Shown here: piece by piece, positions 30,811 to 40,820 of the stretch
Layout of the letters: the number at the start of each line of letters is the position of its first letter
How positions within the stretch are numbered: position 1 is the stretch's first letter
Source: an uncultured delta proteobacterium
GTDB taxonomy: Bacteria > Desulfobacterota > Binatia > UBA9968
Assembly (NCBI GenBank): GCA_963804165.1
Contig: CAWDPO010000011.1
Location: 32,001 to 96,000, forward strand
DNA length: 64,000 bases
Direction: 5' to 3'
Notes under the pieces: generated by a model
Database searches by the model: none
Told to the model about the DNA's origin: nothing
Seen by the model: the letters and a program-made list of their open reading frames with translations, nothing else
Translations under genes and position numbers: made by a program

Positions 30811-30882
30811 GTAGGACTAGGGCAGAAATATTTTATTCCATGGCGTAATTTCGGGAATAATATCGTTTCCCGAATGGTCTAC
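30811..30882. promoter_or_regulatory. Back-to-back ECF sigma promoters
   Basis: + strand GGAATAA-N16-GTCTAC (30854-30882); - strand GGAATAA-N15-GTCCTAC (30839-30811). Confidence 0.6.
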
Positions 30883-30902
30883 ATTATAATAGGGGAATCG
30901 GG

Positions 30903-31510
30903 TTGGATTCGGACAACAAGAAAGCTCGTTTCGAGAATAGCGTGTCGCCGCATGTCGATGCCGCGTACAATTTAGCCCGCTGGCTCACCCGCAACGAGCA
31001 CGATGCGCAGGATGTGGTCGCAAGAGGCGATGCTCCGCGCGTTTAAATTTTTCGATGGTTTTCGCGGCGCGGATGCGCGTTCATGGGTGCTCAAGATCGT
31101 CCGAAATACATGCTTCACATGGCTTCAGGCCAACCGTCCCAATGAGATCGTCGGAACCGTCCCGAATGAGTTGGACGAATTGCCAGACGTTACTGCCGCC
31201 GCCGTTCTGTTCCGGGTCGGCCGATGATCCGGAGACCCTCGCGCTGCGCCGGACTACGGCTGCACAGATCGATAAGGCGCTATCCGCATTGTCGGCCCCG
31301 TTGCTCGAAGTCGTCGTTTTGCGGGAGTTGGAAGGGCTCTCGTACAAGGAGATTGCAACGGTGATCGATGCGCCGATAGGGACAGTGATGTCACGGCTGG
31401 CGCGGGCTCGAGCGGAATCTGCGGCGTATTCTCGCCGGCTCGCAGTGTTTCGTGGGAGCAAGAAAATGACGCCGGAGACGAATGTGCGTGCTATTGCACG
31501 CCTATATTGA
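30903..31510 (+). CDS. ECF sigma-70 factor, frameshifted near 31020 and 31210
   Basis: AYNLARWLT..DAQDVV / QEAMLRA..WVLKIVRN / EGLSYKEIA..GTVMSRLARAR in successive frames; end uncertain. Confidence 0.85.
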
Positions 31511-32234
31511 CGGCGAACTCGATGCCGCCTCGACCATCGAGTTGGAGTCTCGGCTTAAGGCGTCCACGGCATTGCGGCAGGAATTGGCGCGCTTGACCGC
31601 TTTACAGCGGTCCGTGCAGAATCACGCCACGCGTTTCAACGCTCCGTCCGGCCTTACTGAAGGTTCGTTTGCGGAGATCCCCGCGGTTCAACCCAAAGCA
31701 ATTCCTGTCGGCGTTCCGCCTTGGTGGCGTACGCTCGCGATCGGAACGAGCATCGCTGCTGTGGCGCTTTTGGTTTGGAGTCTCTCTTCGATCTTTGTCG
31801 GTCGTGAAACGAATTCTGTCCAATTGGAGGAGGTCGTCAGCGCGCACGTCCGCTCTCTGCTCGCGGATCATCTGACGGATCTTGCGTCCGCGGAACGCCA
31901 CTCGGTCAAGCCGTGGCTGTCCAACCGTCTCGATTTCGCGCCGCCGGTTCTCGATCTCGCAAACGAAGGCTTTTCGCTCGCGGGCGGCCGGTTGGATTAT
32001 CTTGGAGGAAAGCCGGCGGCGGCAATCGTCTACCGTTATCGGCAGCACATTATCAATGTTTTTGTCTCGCCATCGCTAACAAACGACAGCTCGATTCGAG
32101 CTTTGACTCACCGCGGTTATAATACGGCCAAATTCGAGTCCAATGGCATGAGTTACTGGGCTGTATCCGACTTGAATCCGGACGACCTGGGCAAACTCGC
32201 CAACCTGCTCCAACACCCACCGGTCACGAAGTAA
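31482..32234 (+). CDS. Transmembrane anti-sigma factor
   Basis: LLHAYIDGELD, TM segment, HSVKPW..LDFAPPV..GGRLDY, WAVSDLN. Confidence 0.88.
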   Translation: MCVLLHAYIDGELDAASTIELESRLKASTALRQELARLTALQRSVQNHATRFNAPSGLTEGSFAEIPAVQPKAIPVGVPPWWRTLAIGTSIAAVALLVWSLSSIFVGRETNSVQLEEVVSAHVRSLLADHLTDLASAERHSVKPWLSNRLDFAPPVLDLANEGFSLAGGRLDYLGGKPAAAIVYRYRQHIINVFVSPSLTNDSSIRALTHRGYNTAKFESNGMSYWAVSDLNPDDLGKLANLLQHPPVTK

Positions 32235-32249
32235 AGCCGCGTCGGCAGT

Positions 32250-32582
32250 TTATTGGAAATGCGCGTTCGACCCCGACGATTCCGTTTCCCAAACTCGCAA
32301 GCATTTGCGTATGCTCTGAGCGTCCAAACCGAGCACCGCGCAGATCGACTCGAAGGAAAATAATCCGTCACGATCGTTGCCAAAAAACCATTCTCGATCG
32401 TCAATCAATGATTTTTTTGGGTTGCGCAGGCGTTTCCGATAATTCAGCAAAGCATCCTTTAAAACCGCCAGCATGAGATCTTGTTCCGGGTGCCCGTGGT
32501 CGTTGCGCTTGACGGTGTCCCAATAATTGGCGTTGGCGCAGTCGTCGATATCCGGACGATGAATCGTCGATTCGAAGTCCAT
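32250..32582 (-). CDS. Conserved hypothetical protein
   Basis: LMLAVL.DA...WF...FSFESICAVLGLD..IR motif; RBS AAGGAG. Confidence 0.7.
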   Translation of the reverse strand: MDFESTIHRPDIDDCANANYWDTVKRNDHGHPEQDLMLAVLKDALLNYRKRLRNPKKSLIDDREWFFGNDRDGLFSFESICAVLGLDAQSIRKCLRVWETESSGSNAHFQ

Positions 32583-32915
32583 GGGTTGCTCCTTTCAATC
32601 GAGTTCGGATGCCGCGTTCAAAATCCCGGCGGCGCTGAATCTTAGACCGGCGCAATCTTGAACGTTCAGCAAGGGCGACACTATGTGCGGCGGAAGGTTA
32701 AGCGGAGATTAAGCGAATGCAAAATTTTGGCCTTGGCAATTGACCTTGCGGTTCTGGGCGTCACCCGGCGTGAATCTTCCAACGAGCGGCCATCAGCGAA
32801 CCTGTATGACTGAATCGCCTCCAAGCCGACCGGATTGCCGATCGGGAAAAATCCATTGGCTCCGATCCGGTTGTTGGCGCTGAAATCAATCCGGCGGTCC
32901 ATGGTTCCGGAGCGC

Positions 32916-32943
32916 TTCAAGAACATTTCACACGCTGTTAAAT
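32916..32943 (+). promoter_or_regulatory. 11-bp-phased Pho-box-like repeats upstream of PAP2
   Basis: TTCAAG (32916), TTCACA (32927), TTAAAT (32938). Confidence 0.4.
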
Positions 32944-32992
32944 AAAATGAAATTTTAGATCTTTAGTGTGTCCCTGAAAGAGGGAAAGTCAC

Positions 32993-33529
32993 GTGAGCAA
33001 AGATCAACTCATCCTGTCGGTCAGGTGGATGGCGGATCGCGAGATTGCCGTCTGTGGAATTCTCAATCGCATATCCCACCCGCCCAAGGTCAAGAAGTTT
33101 TTTGTCGTCATCAGTTGGCTTGGTGACGGCGGGGCTTGGTACGCGCTGATTCTGGCGCTGCCGTTAATTTACGGCCAGAGCGGCTTACCGACATCCTTCG
33201 CTATGGTCAAGGTCGGTGTGGTTAATCTGCTGCTTTACAAAGTCATCAAACATCTCACCGGTCGTCCGCGACCCTGCGCGATTAGCCCGAACATCACGGT
33301 TGGAACAGCGCCGCTCGATCAATACAGCTTTCCTTCGGGCCACACGATGCACGCGGTGGCTTTCTCTATCGTTGTAACAGCGGATCATGCGGAGCTGGCC
33401 TGGGTGCTCGTCCCATTCAGCAGTCTGATTGCGTTGTCGCGCATTGTGCTCGGTCTGCATTACCCGACCGACGTGATTGCCGGCGGCCTAATCGGCGGAT
33501 ACGTCGTATCAGTTTTGATGACGGCGTAG
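32993..33529 (+). CDS. PAP2-family membrane phosphatase
   Basis: KxxxxRPRP, SFPSGH, SRIVLGLHYPTDV. Confidence 0.93.
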   Translation: MSKDQLILSVRWMADREIAVCGILNRISHPPKVKKFFVVISWLGDGGAWYALILALPLIYGQSGLPTSFAMVKVGVVNLLLYKVIKHLTGRPRPCAISPNITVGTAPLDQYSFPSGHTMHAVAFSIVVTADHAELAWVLVPFSSLIALSRIVLGLHYPTDVIAGGLIGGYVVSVLMTA

Positions 33530-33808
33530 AGCCGGAAGGGGGAAATGTATGCTAGACGCAGCGGATCTACTCGATCAATCCGCGGGCAGAGCGCTACTTT
33601 CGTCTGATGATTTTCCACTTCATCCACCGCGCGACGGTGGCGCCGCGAAATTCGACGCCCCATGCGGTGCCTGACAGCAGTCCGCCGAAGCGGACTTGCC
33701 AACGTCGGCGCCGATGCCGATCGGCACTGAGATTAAGGTGTCGGGGAAATATCATAATGGTCCTGTCGAATGTGTCGGGCGCATGGGGATGCCGGCAAAA
33801 GTTAGAAA

Positions 33809-34345
33809 TTAGCGCTCCAAGTACGCGCCGAGGATGTAATAAACGGTCTCAAGAGCCGGAACCAGATACCAATCGTCATGCGGGAATCGCATGACCAAGA
33901 AAAAGCCCCAGATGGAAAGTAATGTGCCGATGTATTGCGGATGATCGAGCAGCGAGAAGGGAAACTTTTGGCACCAGCGAACGGCGTAGCCGAACTTGTC
34001 ACCGTAGAACACTCCGACTTTGCCGAGTCGATAGAACACTCCGATGTTTAGAATTTGGCCCGTGACGATCAAGACCCCTCCTAAAGCAAGGGACGACACG
34101 CTTCCAGCGAGCGGCAAAATTGATCCGTTGCCAAAGACAAAGCACCAGCCGATGAACACCGCGCCTTGAAGCACCTTGAAGCAAAAAAAGAGGAACCGTA
34201 ACGCATCGACCGGATCCTCGATGCGTGCGAGCGCGGGACGCGCGCAAAGGACGCGAAAATCCGCGGGCTTGCGCCAGATCCATAGGTAGCAGATCCGCTC
34301 AAGGCTCAATAATATCGCGGCGCCGAAAAAGACCCATGGATTCAC
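33809..34345 (-). CDS. PEMT/PEM2-family phospholipid N-methyltransferase
   Basis: GQILN..V...LG..GVFYG.KFG, FPFS..HPQYIG; multiple TM segments. Confidence 0.8.
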   Translation of the reverse strand: MNPWVFFGAAILLSLERICYLWIWRKPADFRVLCARPALARIEDPVDALRFLFFCFKVLQGAVFIGWCFVFGNGSILPLAGSVSSLALGGVLIVTGQILNIGVFYRLGKVGVFYGDKFGYAVRWCQKFPFSLLDHPQYIGTLLSIWGFFLVMRFPHDDWYLVPALETVYYILGAYLER

Positions 34346-34384
34346 TGGACAGAGCTGCTTCGATCCAAGGATGTCGAAACCGTG

Positions 34385-36649
34385 TTAGGCGCTCTGGCGC
34401 CGGGGGAAATAGGCGACGATATCGGTCAATGGATCGGTGATCAGCTTGATGAACCAAATCATCGAAATGCGAAAGTCGTGCTTCCACACCAGATAAACCA
34501 CGCGCCCGAGGACCACCGCCAGGGTCCACAGAAACCAATTCAGCGCCACTGCGGCGATCGTCGAGGTGAAGCCGTCCACCGTCCAATCGCCGGCTTGCGC
34601 CACATGGAACACTGGAATCAACAGATAGCCGAGGACGATCAGCGTCTTGTTGCGCGTGTTGTATCCTAAGAGTAATTTTTCCTTGTCATGACACGCGGGC
34701 TCCAAGATCGCATGACCGAACTGCCGCACAAAAAGGGCCGCCAACCCCAAACACATCGCGATGGTGAGATCGGAAAACGCCAGAACATAGCAGTAGATGA
34801 AGACACTCGAGCTCAACAGATGGAAGAATTGGTTTACGCCGTTGCTATGGGACGCGTGATGATCATCATGTTTTCGTTGCATCACTTCGGCATAAAACGT
34901 CCGTAGGGGTTCTGGAGTTCGTACCAGACTGCCTAACATTTCTCGCATAAGACGAGCGCGCATAATTTTCTCCCTTCCCGGATATTGATCCGCGGTCAAC
35001 CACCACGCGTCGATCTTCATCGAGTGCGCGGCGTTGAGCAGCTTTGCCTGCAAGTCATTGTAGTCTGCCACAGTAAAATCCATGCTGCTTAAGCATCGGC
35101 CGGTGCCCACCCAACTAAGCGTCACGCCTTCGGCGCGGAGATAATACTGCAGCAGCCAGTTATAGCGACTCGGTTCCTTGAAGAGCACGGTCCATACCGT
35201 CGCGAGATTCACGACGCGCAAGGGTAACGCCGCGTCGGCGAGTTTCTGATTGGTCGAGTGCACCCATTCCGCGCAACGCTGATTGGACTCGTCATACAGT
35301 TTCACCGTGGCAGGCTCTACCACCCAGCGCAAAAATTCGTTCATCGCTCCCATCACCGCCGGATGCCCGGAAAACGTGCCGACAACGTAAGCGATGCGCA
35401 TGGGATGCGCGGGATCGAAACGGCGCATGAGAGTTTTATTGCCGCACACCACGCCGATGGGCAGGCCGCCGGCCACCGTTTTGCCGTACACGACCATATC
35501 CGCGCGCACGCCGAAGTATTCCTGTGCGCCACCCGGTGAGAGGCGAAAGCCGGTATAAACTTCGTCGAAGATCAGTGGAATATCGCAGGCGCTGCACACC
35601 TCGCGTAGTTGGCGCAGCCACTGAGCGTAGCGCTCGGTGGAATCCTGGGTTTTACGCACGTCGCTGGTGAGTAACACCGCATCATTGGGCGGTGGGGAAT
35701 TAGGATGGAACGACTGCACCGGGTTGACCAGCACCCCGGCGATTTCTTTTGCCCGCCGGCGAATGACGGCGAGCGAGGCCGGATTGACGTCCTTGAGCGT
35801 GAGGCAATCATCGAGGGGGCGTTCACTCCCCAGTCCTGGCTGCACGCCGTCCCACCAGCCATGATAAGCCCCGGAAAAACAGACGACCAGTTTTCTCCGC
35901 GTATTGAACCGCGCCATGCGCACCGCGGCCATTACGGCTTCAGTGCCGCTCATATGAAACGACACTTCGTCCAGGTGCGAAACATTCTTGAGCATAGCGA
36001 TGTTGTCGGCGACGACCGGATGCACCGGGCCCAGGACCGGACCGAGATCTTTCACGCGTTCCCAGCCCTTCTGTATCCATTCTTTATAGCGGTCGAACCC
36101 GGCCACGTTGACGCCATAGGAGCCACTGACATCGATGGTCCAATGGCCATCGAGAGTTTGCAGGCGCGGGCCTTTTGAAGCCGTCACCACCGAGCAAAGA
36201 TTGAATTTTTCCCGCATGACGCGCACAAACGGGAACGGTACGCGATTGGCGTCGGTGAAGCGCAGATCCGAGAAGCTCTCGCGGACCGCATTCGCCCAGG
36301 CGATGGACTGGTGATGCTGCGTTTGCAGAAACGTCGCCAGGCGATCAAGAGCTTTCTTGCGACGGTCAACCCAACTGTCTCCCGCTCCGTCAGCGCGCAA
36401 GAATTCTTCCTCCGTGTAATCGCGCGATTTCACCCAGTGCGACAGTTGCCGCGAAAGCGCCGGCATCCATGCCAGCGCCGGCAAAGTCATGAGAAATCGA
36501 ATCAGCCTTTGCCCGGCGTAAGTTAGGAAAAACAGACAAAGAATAATTCCGAAGAAAAGCCAGCCGTCGAACAAAGCGAGCCGGCACGCCGCTGTCGAGC
36601 TCGCGTCAAGGCACACCGTCCATCTTTGCAAAGCTTCGTCGAAAATCAT
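34385..36649 (-). CDS. Class III (GSA-like) PLP aminotransferase fused to a C-terminal Mpo1/DUF962-like membrane domain
   Basis: SGTEA, YHGW, LIFDEVYTGFR, YGKTVAGG, GTFSG; C-terminal HHASHSN..N...H...RQFGH..LE with TM helices. Confidence 0.78.
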   Translation of the reverse strand: MIFDEALQRWTVCLDASSTAACRLALFDGWLFFGIILCLFFLTYAGQRLIRFLMTLPALAWMPALSRQLSHWVKSRDYTEEEFLRADGAGDSWVDRRKKALDRLATFLQTQHHQSIAWANAVRESFSDLRFTDANRVPFPFVRVMREKFNLCSVVTASKGPRLQTLDGHWTIDVSGSYGVNVAGFDRYKEWIQKGWERVKDLGPVLGPVHPVVADNIAMLKNVSHLDEVSFHMSGTEAVMAAVRMARFNTRRKLVVCFSGAYHGWWDGVQPGLGSERPLDDCLTLKDVNPASLAVIRRRAKEIAGVLVNPVQSFHPNSPPPNDAVLLTSDVRKTQDSTERYAQWLRQLREVCSACDIPLIFDEVYTGFRLSPGGAQEYFGVRADMVVYGKTVAGGLPIGVVCGNKTLMRRFDPAHPMRIAYVVGTFSGHPAVMGAMNEFLRWVVEPATVKLYDESNQRCAEWVHSTNQKLADAALPLRVVNLATVWTVLFKEPSRYNWLLQYYLRAEGVTLSWVGTGRCLSSMDFTVADYNDLQAKLLNAAHSMKIDAWWLTADQYPGREKIMRARLMREMLGSLVRTPEPLRTFYAEVMQRKHDDHHASHSNGVNQFFHLLSSSVFIYCYVLAFSDLTIAMCLGLAALFVRQFGHAILEPACHDKEKLLLGYNTRNKTLIVLGYLLIPVFHVAQAGDWTVDGFTSTIAAVALNWFLWTLAVVLGRVVYLVWKHDFRISMIWFIKLITDPLTDIVAYFPRRQSA

Positions 36650-36686
36650 CTCTCAATTCCTCCCGCGAATGTAGATCTTGACCATT

Positions 36687-37925
36687 TCAGTAGCTAACCG
36701 GCGTCGCATCGAAGGCGTCATCGGCGACAGCAGCGTGAACTTCATGATCCTCGTCGAGAGCGCCGATCAACAACTCGGCAAATCTTTCGACTACACGCTG
36801 CCAATCCAAAGAGGCGGCGTACTCGCGTGCCCGGCGCCGCATTTCCGCCAGCGATGGCGGTTCGTTGGCGAGCTTGGCCGCCGCTTCCACGAACGCTCGT
36901 GGATTTCCATTTGGTACTAACACTCCCGTCCTGCCGTCCGCGATGTGTGTCCGCGCCGCGGCGTAGTTGAAGGCAACGACGATCAGACCGCTCGCCATGG
37001 CTTCCAACGTCACGTTGCCGAACGTTTCCGTTTCGCTGGGGAAGAGAAAAATATCCGCCGAGGCGTAGCGCTTGGCCAGCTCTTCGCCTGTGTGTACGCC
37101 GCAGTAGATCAGGTCGGGATGTTTTTCCTGGAGGTTTGCGCGCAGCGGCCCGTCTCCAACGAGCACAAATTTTACCCGGCTGCTGACCTGTTGCATGGCG
37201 CGGTAAGCCTCGATGGCGAGCGTCAAGTTTTTTTCCGCCGCGATCCGTCCGACGTAGAGCGCGACCCGATCCTGGTCCGTTGCCCGCCACATGCGCCGCA
37301 CGGCGGCGGAGCGGCGGCCCGGATTGAACAGGCGGCTGTCCACCCCGCGACCGAGAACGCTGACGTTTTTTATTCCCAGCGCTTGCAACCGATCACGCAG
37401 GTCAGGGCTGGCGACCAACGTGCCGTGCGCACGGTTGTGGAATTTGTGTAGGTAGCAGGCGATCAAGGGCCGCGACCATCCCGCATGATAATACCTGGAG
37501 TAGCTATCGAAGTTTGTGTGAAAGCCACTGAAGACGGGAATCTTCAGGCGCCGCGCGGCGCGCAGCGCAGACCAGCCGAGCGGCCCTTCAGTGGCTACGT
37601 ACACGACGTCCGGACGACAAATCGACCAGCGCCGCCGCAGCGCTGCGCCGGATGGTAAACCCAAGTGCAATCCCTGATAGCCAACCAGCGGTAAGCCGGG
37701 AACCAGCGTGTCCATCGAACGATCCTTGCGCTCCGCCGAGTCGCTATTCGATTGGCGCGGGCGGACCACAGATACCGCGTGACCGTGCAGGCGCAAACCC
37801 TCGACCAAGCGTGCCAAGGTCAAAGCCACGCCGTTGAGCTCAGGAGGATAAGTCTCGGTGACAATACAGAAATGGCGCCGACGGTTGGCGTCGTGATCGG
37901 ACCAAGTTTGATGTGTTGTGCGCAT
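36687..37925 (-). CDS. GT4 glycosyltransferase (PimA/MgtA/Agt-like)
   Basis: VTETYPPELNGV, ATEGPLG, FHTNF, VGRIAAEKN, ETFGNVTLEAMASG. Confidence 0.9.
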   Translation of the reverse strand: MRTTHQTWSDHDANRRRHFCIVTETYPPELNGVALTLARLVEGLRLHGHAVSVVRPRQSNSDSAERKDRSMDTLVPGLPLVGYQGLHLGLPSGAALRRRWSICRPDVVYVATEGPLGWSALRAARRLKIPVFSGFHTNFDSYSRYYHAGWSRPLIACYLHKFHNRAHGTLVASPDLRDRLQALGIKNVSVLGRGVDSRLFNPGRRSAAVRRMWRATDQDRVALYVGRIAAEKNLTLAIEAYRAMQQVSSRVKFVLVGDGPLRANLQEKHPDLIYCGVHTGEELAKRYASADIFLFPSETETFGNVTLEAMASGLIVVAFNYAAARTHIADGRTGVLVPNGNPRAFVEAAAKLANEPPSLAEMRRRAREYAASLDWQRVVERFAELLIGALDEDHEVHAAVADDAFDATPVSY

Positions 37926-38176
37926 CACCACGTGGTCTGTATGGGCGTGATCGGTTAACTTGTTAAAGAAGTAACGGGCCGGGCATAAAACCAATTTTCT
38001 TAGAGACAACTTAGTCGGGAAATGTGTCGGTTGAGTTACCGATGAACTAAGACTATGTAAACGCCGCGCGATTTCCGGGAATCAGATCGTCGGGTCTTTA
38101 ACAGAAGTTTATCCAAACGTCGCGGTTATGTAACGTGTGTTGGAGATGAAGATCCATCAAATTTCAGAACGAAAGG

Positions 38177-39506
38177 ATGGTCTCCATGAATCTTCATCAG
38201 CAACTCAAGCTAGCGCACGGGGTTTTGCGACGGAATATCGGGTGCGATGTCGCCGCGCCAACCACAACACGAACGAAGCCTTTTCTCGGCGGCATCGTTG
38301 AACTGCTCATGCTACTCGCGGGTGCAGCGCCGGCTGGCGCTGATCCTCACGGCGATTCCCTGCCCAAGCCCCTGGTCATTGGCCCATCGCGGCGCTGCGG
38401 GTTATCTGCCCGATCACACACTGGAAGGATATGCGCTCGCCGTAGAGCTCGGCGCCGATTTTATCGAGCCCGATCTCGTGGCGACCAAAGACGGCCACTT
38501 GATCGCGCGCCACGAGCCAAATTTGATCGCCACGACGGACGTAAGCAAGCGCGCGGAGTTTGCTGATCGCAAACGCATCGCGATCGTCGATGGGTTTCCC
38601 GAGGAAGGATTCTTTGCGTCTGATTTCACACTGGCTGAAATCAAGAAACTGCGCGCCGTGCAGCCGCTCGGATCCGAACGCCCGGTATATTTCGACGGTT
38701 TGTTCCAGATTCCGACATTCGAAGAAGTGATCGCTCTCGCGAAACGGAAGTCGAAAGAGCAGGGACGGACCATAGGCATTTACCCCGAAACCAAGCACCC
38801 CACCTATCATAAGAATCTCGGCCTGCCGTTAGAGCCCAGATTAGTAAAAATCTTGCGGGCCGAAGGCTGGGATAAATACGATTCGCCCGTGTTCATCCAG
38901 TCCTTCGAGCAAGGCAACTTGAAGGAACTGCGTAAGATGACGCGCAACAAGCTCGTCCAGCTGGTGGACGCCAACGACGTCAAGGACGACGGCACACTGG
39001 ATTACACGGCGCCGTTTGACCGTCCCTACGACTGGACCGCTTCAAACGATCCGGCGCTCCTCAGCCGGACATTCGGATTCTTCGCGACCGATGCAGGCTT
39101 GAAGGAGATCAAGAGTTACGCGGACGGCATCGGTCCGTGGAAACGCTACATCGTGAGCTGCGTCGTAGCGAACCTAGCCGGTCCCGGCGAGGCAAGCCGC
39201 ACGTTGTTGCCGGCTAACGATCTGATCGATCGCGCGCACAAGGCCGGCCTCCTAGTCCACACCTGGACCTTTCGCAATGAACAGCGCCGTTTGGTAAGCG
39301 ATTATGCCGGCAATCCGGTGGAAGAATACTTGCAGTTTTATGATCTCGGCATCGACGGCGTGTTCTCCGATTTCCCCGATACCGCAGTCGCTGCCCGGGT
39401 TTTATTCAAGATCGACGAGCCCGGTTTTGCCCGTTGCTTTACTGAAGGATCTGGCAAACAAAACTCTAAGCACTTTGACATCACGCAATGTTTCAATCTC
39501 GAATAG
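38177..39506 (+). CDS. glpQ: Glycerophosphodiester phosphodiesterase, frameshifted near 38380
   Basis: Signal peptide..KPLVI in frame 38177 joins [35 protein letters not shown]. Confidence 0.88.
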
Positions 39507-39705
39507 TTCGCGATTGAAAGATTCATGCACGTTTGATCTTGATGAGGAGAACGTTGCGAGACGTGGCGGAGGTGCATTTGTCCGTTACGGTCTGAAGGAA
39601 TTTGCCTTTGTCATTGTCCGGCTTTTTCCCTAAGTTAGAGTGGCAGTTATTCGCATGGTTGTTGATATGTCGCGTTTGTAAGGAGGATATTGGTCCGTCA
39701 GCGGC

Positions 39706-39720
39706 TGGCATAGTCTTTGA
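39706..39720 (+). promoter_or_regulatory. Possible sigma-54 promoter
   Basis: TGGCAT-AGTCT-TTGA (one mismatch at -12). Confidence 0.35.
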
Positions 39721-39753
39721 TTCTGCATCTTTCTAAAGAAAGGAGTAGAAATC

Positions 39754-40437
39754 ATGAACCCATTAAATCGATGCCGGCTCTCGTATGTTTTCCCGGTTGC
39801 CGTACTCGCGACCGGACTGACTTGGTTGGCTGGCTGCGTTCCATTGGAGACGGTCCAAAGACCGAGCTTGCCCGAGGTCCGTTCCGGTATTGCGCGAGGT
39901 CCATCCGCGGAGGACACAAGACTACGACCGGGTGAAATCCAGGGAGAAGTCGATGCCGTCGACCGAGCCAGACGTGAGATTCGAGTGATCGCGGAAGACG
40001 GTCGCAGCAACGTGTTGCGTTATGACGTCGACCGTACCAGAGTCACTTACCACGGCTGGGATTATGCTGTGGCCGACCTTGAGGCGGGCGATCGCATTGC
40101 GTACCAATCGGTACCGCGCAGTAGCGCATACGTCGAAACCATACGCGTCCTGGAACCGGTGCAAGCCCGGTCGGCTCCGAGCATTGCACGGCCCGGTCCA
40201 GCGCGACCTCGACCGGACATCGTCGAAGGCACAGTGGACCGAGTGGATCATAGTCTCGGCGTATTCGACATCAGACCGCGCACGGGCCGAACCGTTACAG
40301 TCTCCGTTCCCTACAATGCCAGGGCAGCCGACGTTGACAACTTCCGCGCTTTGCGTCGCGGCGATCCGGTGCGAGTCGAGGGTGAGTTCGTGAGCCCGGA
40401 CAGCTTTCAACTTCTAGCCTTTCTATCGTCGCGATAA
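39754..40437 (+). CDS. Hypothetical lipoprotein with two OB-fold-like (DUF5666-like) repeats
   Basis: Lipobox LAGC; GEVDAVD..LEAGDRI and GTVDRVD..LRRGDPV repeats; RBS AAGGAG. Confidence 0.7.
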   Translation: MNPLNRCRLSYVFPVAVLATGLTWLAGCVPLETVQRPSLPEVRSGIARGPSAEDTRLRPGEIQGEVDAVDRARREIRVIAEDGRSNVLRYDVDRTRVTYHGWDYAVADLEAGDRIAYQSVPRSSAYVETIRVLEPVQARSAPSIARPGPARPRPDIVEGTVDRVDHSLGVFDIRPRTGRTVTVSVPYNARAADVDNFRALRRGDPVRVEGEFVSPDSFQLLAFLSSR

Positions 40438-40820
40438 TTGCCGAGTAATTTCGAGCGCGGGCTGGCCGCGACCTATCGCTGAGACCACGGGCAGCTCGCG
40501 CAAACCGATCACGCCTCGACCGTCGCCTTCATTCGCGTGAAAATCCTTTCAGCGCTAGAGCGCGCAGAGTGACACTTGCTCGGAGCTGTCATCCTGGCCA
40601 AGTGAAGGAGGATCTCGCTTACTTCCTGCCTAACGATTCCACTCGTTTGACACGACGCTTGCTCTTCGGCTAGCGTCCGTCGACACATCATCGAGGGCAA
40701 GCTTGATCAACATTAGCCGATCATTCGCGACTCTGAAGTTCATGACGGCCAGCATCGCGGGTACCCAGTGCAACGAATTGAGCGACGTGAATCGAACTCA
40801 ACGTCTCCCTATGGCGATTC

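Noticed and set aside
34385-36649. hemL (glutamate-1-semialdehyde aminomutase) assignment
   Set aside because: Much longer than HemL, has membrane domains, and no hem genes are nearby
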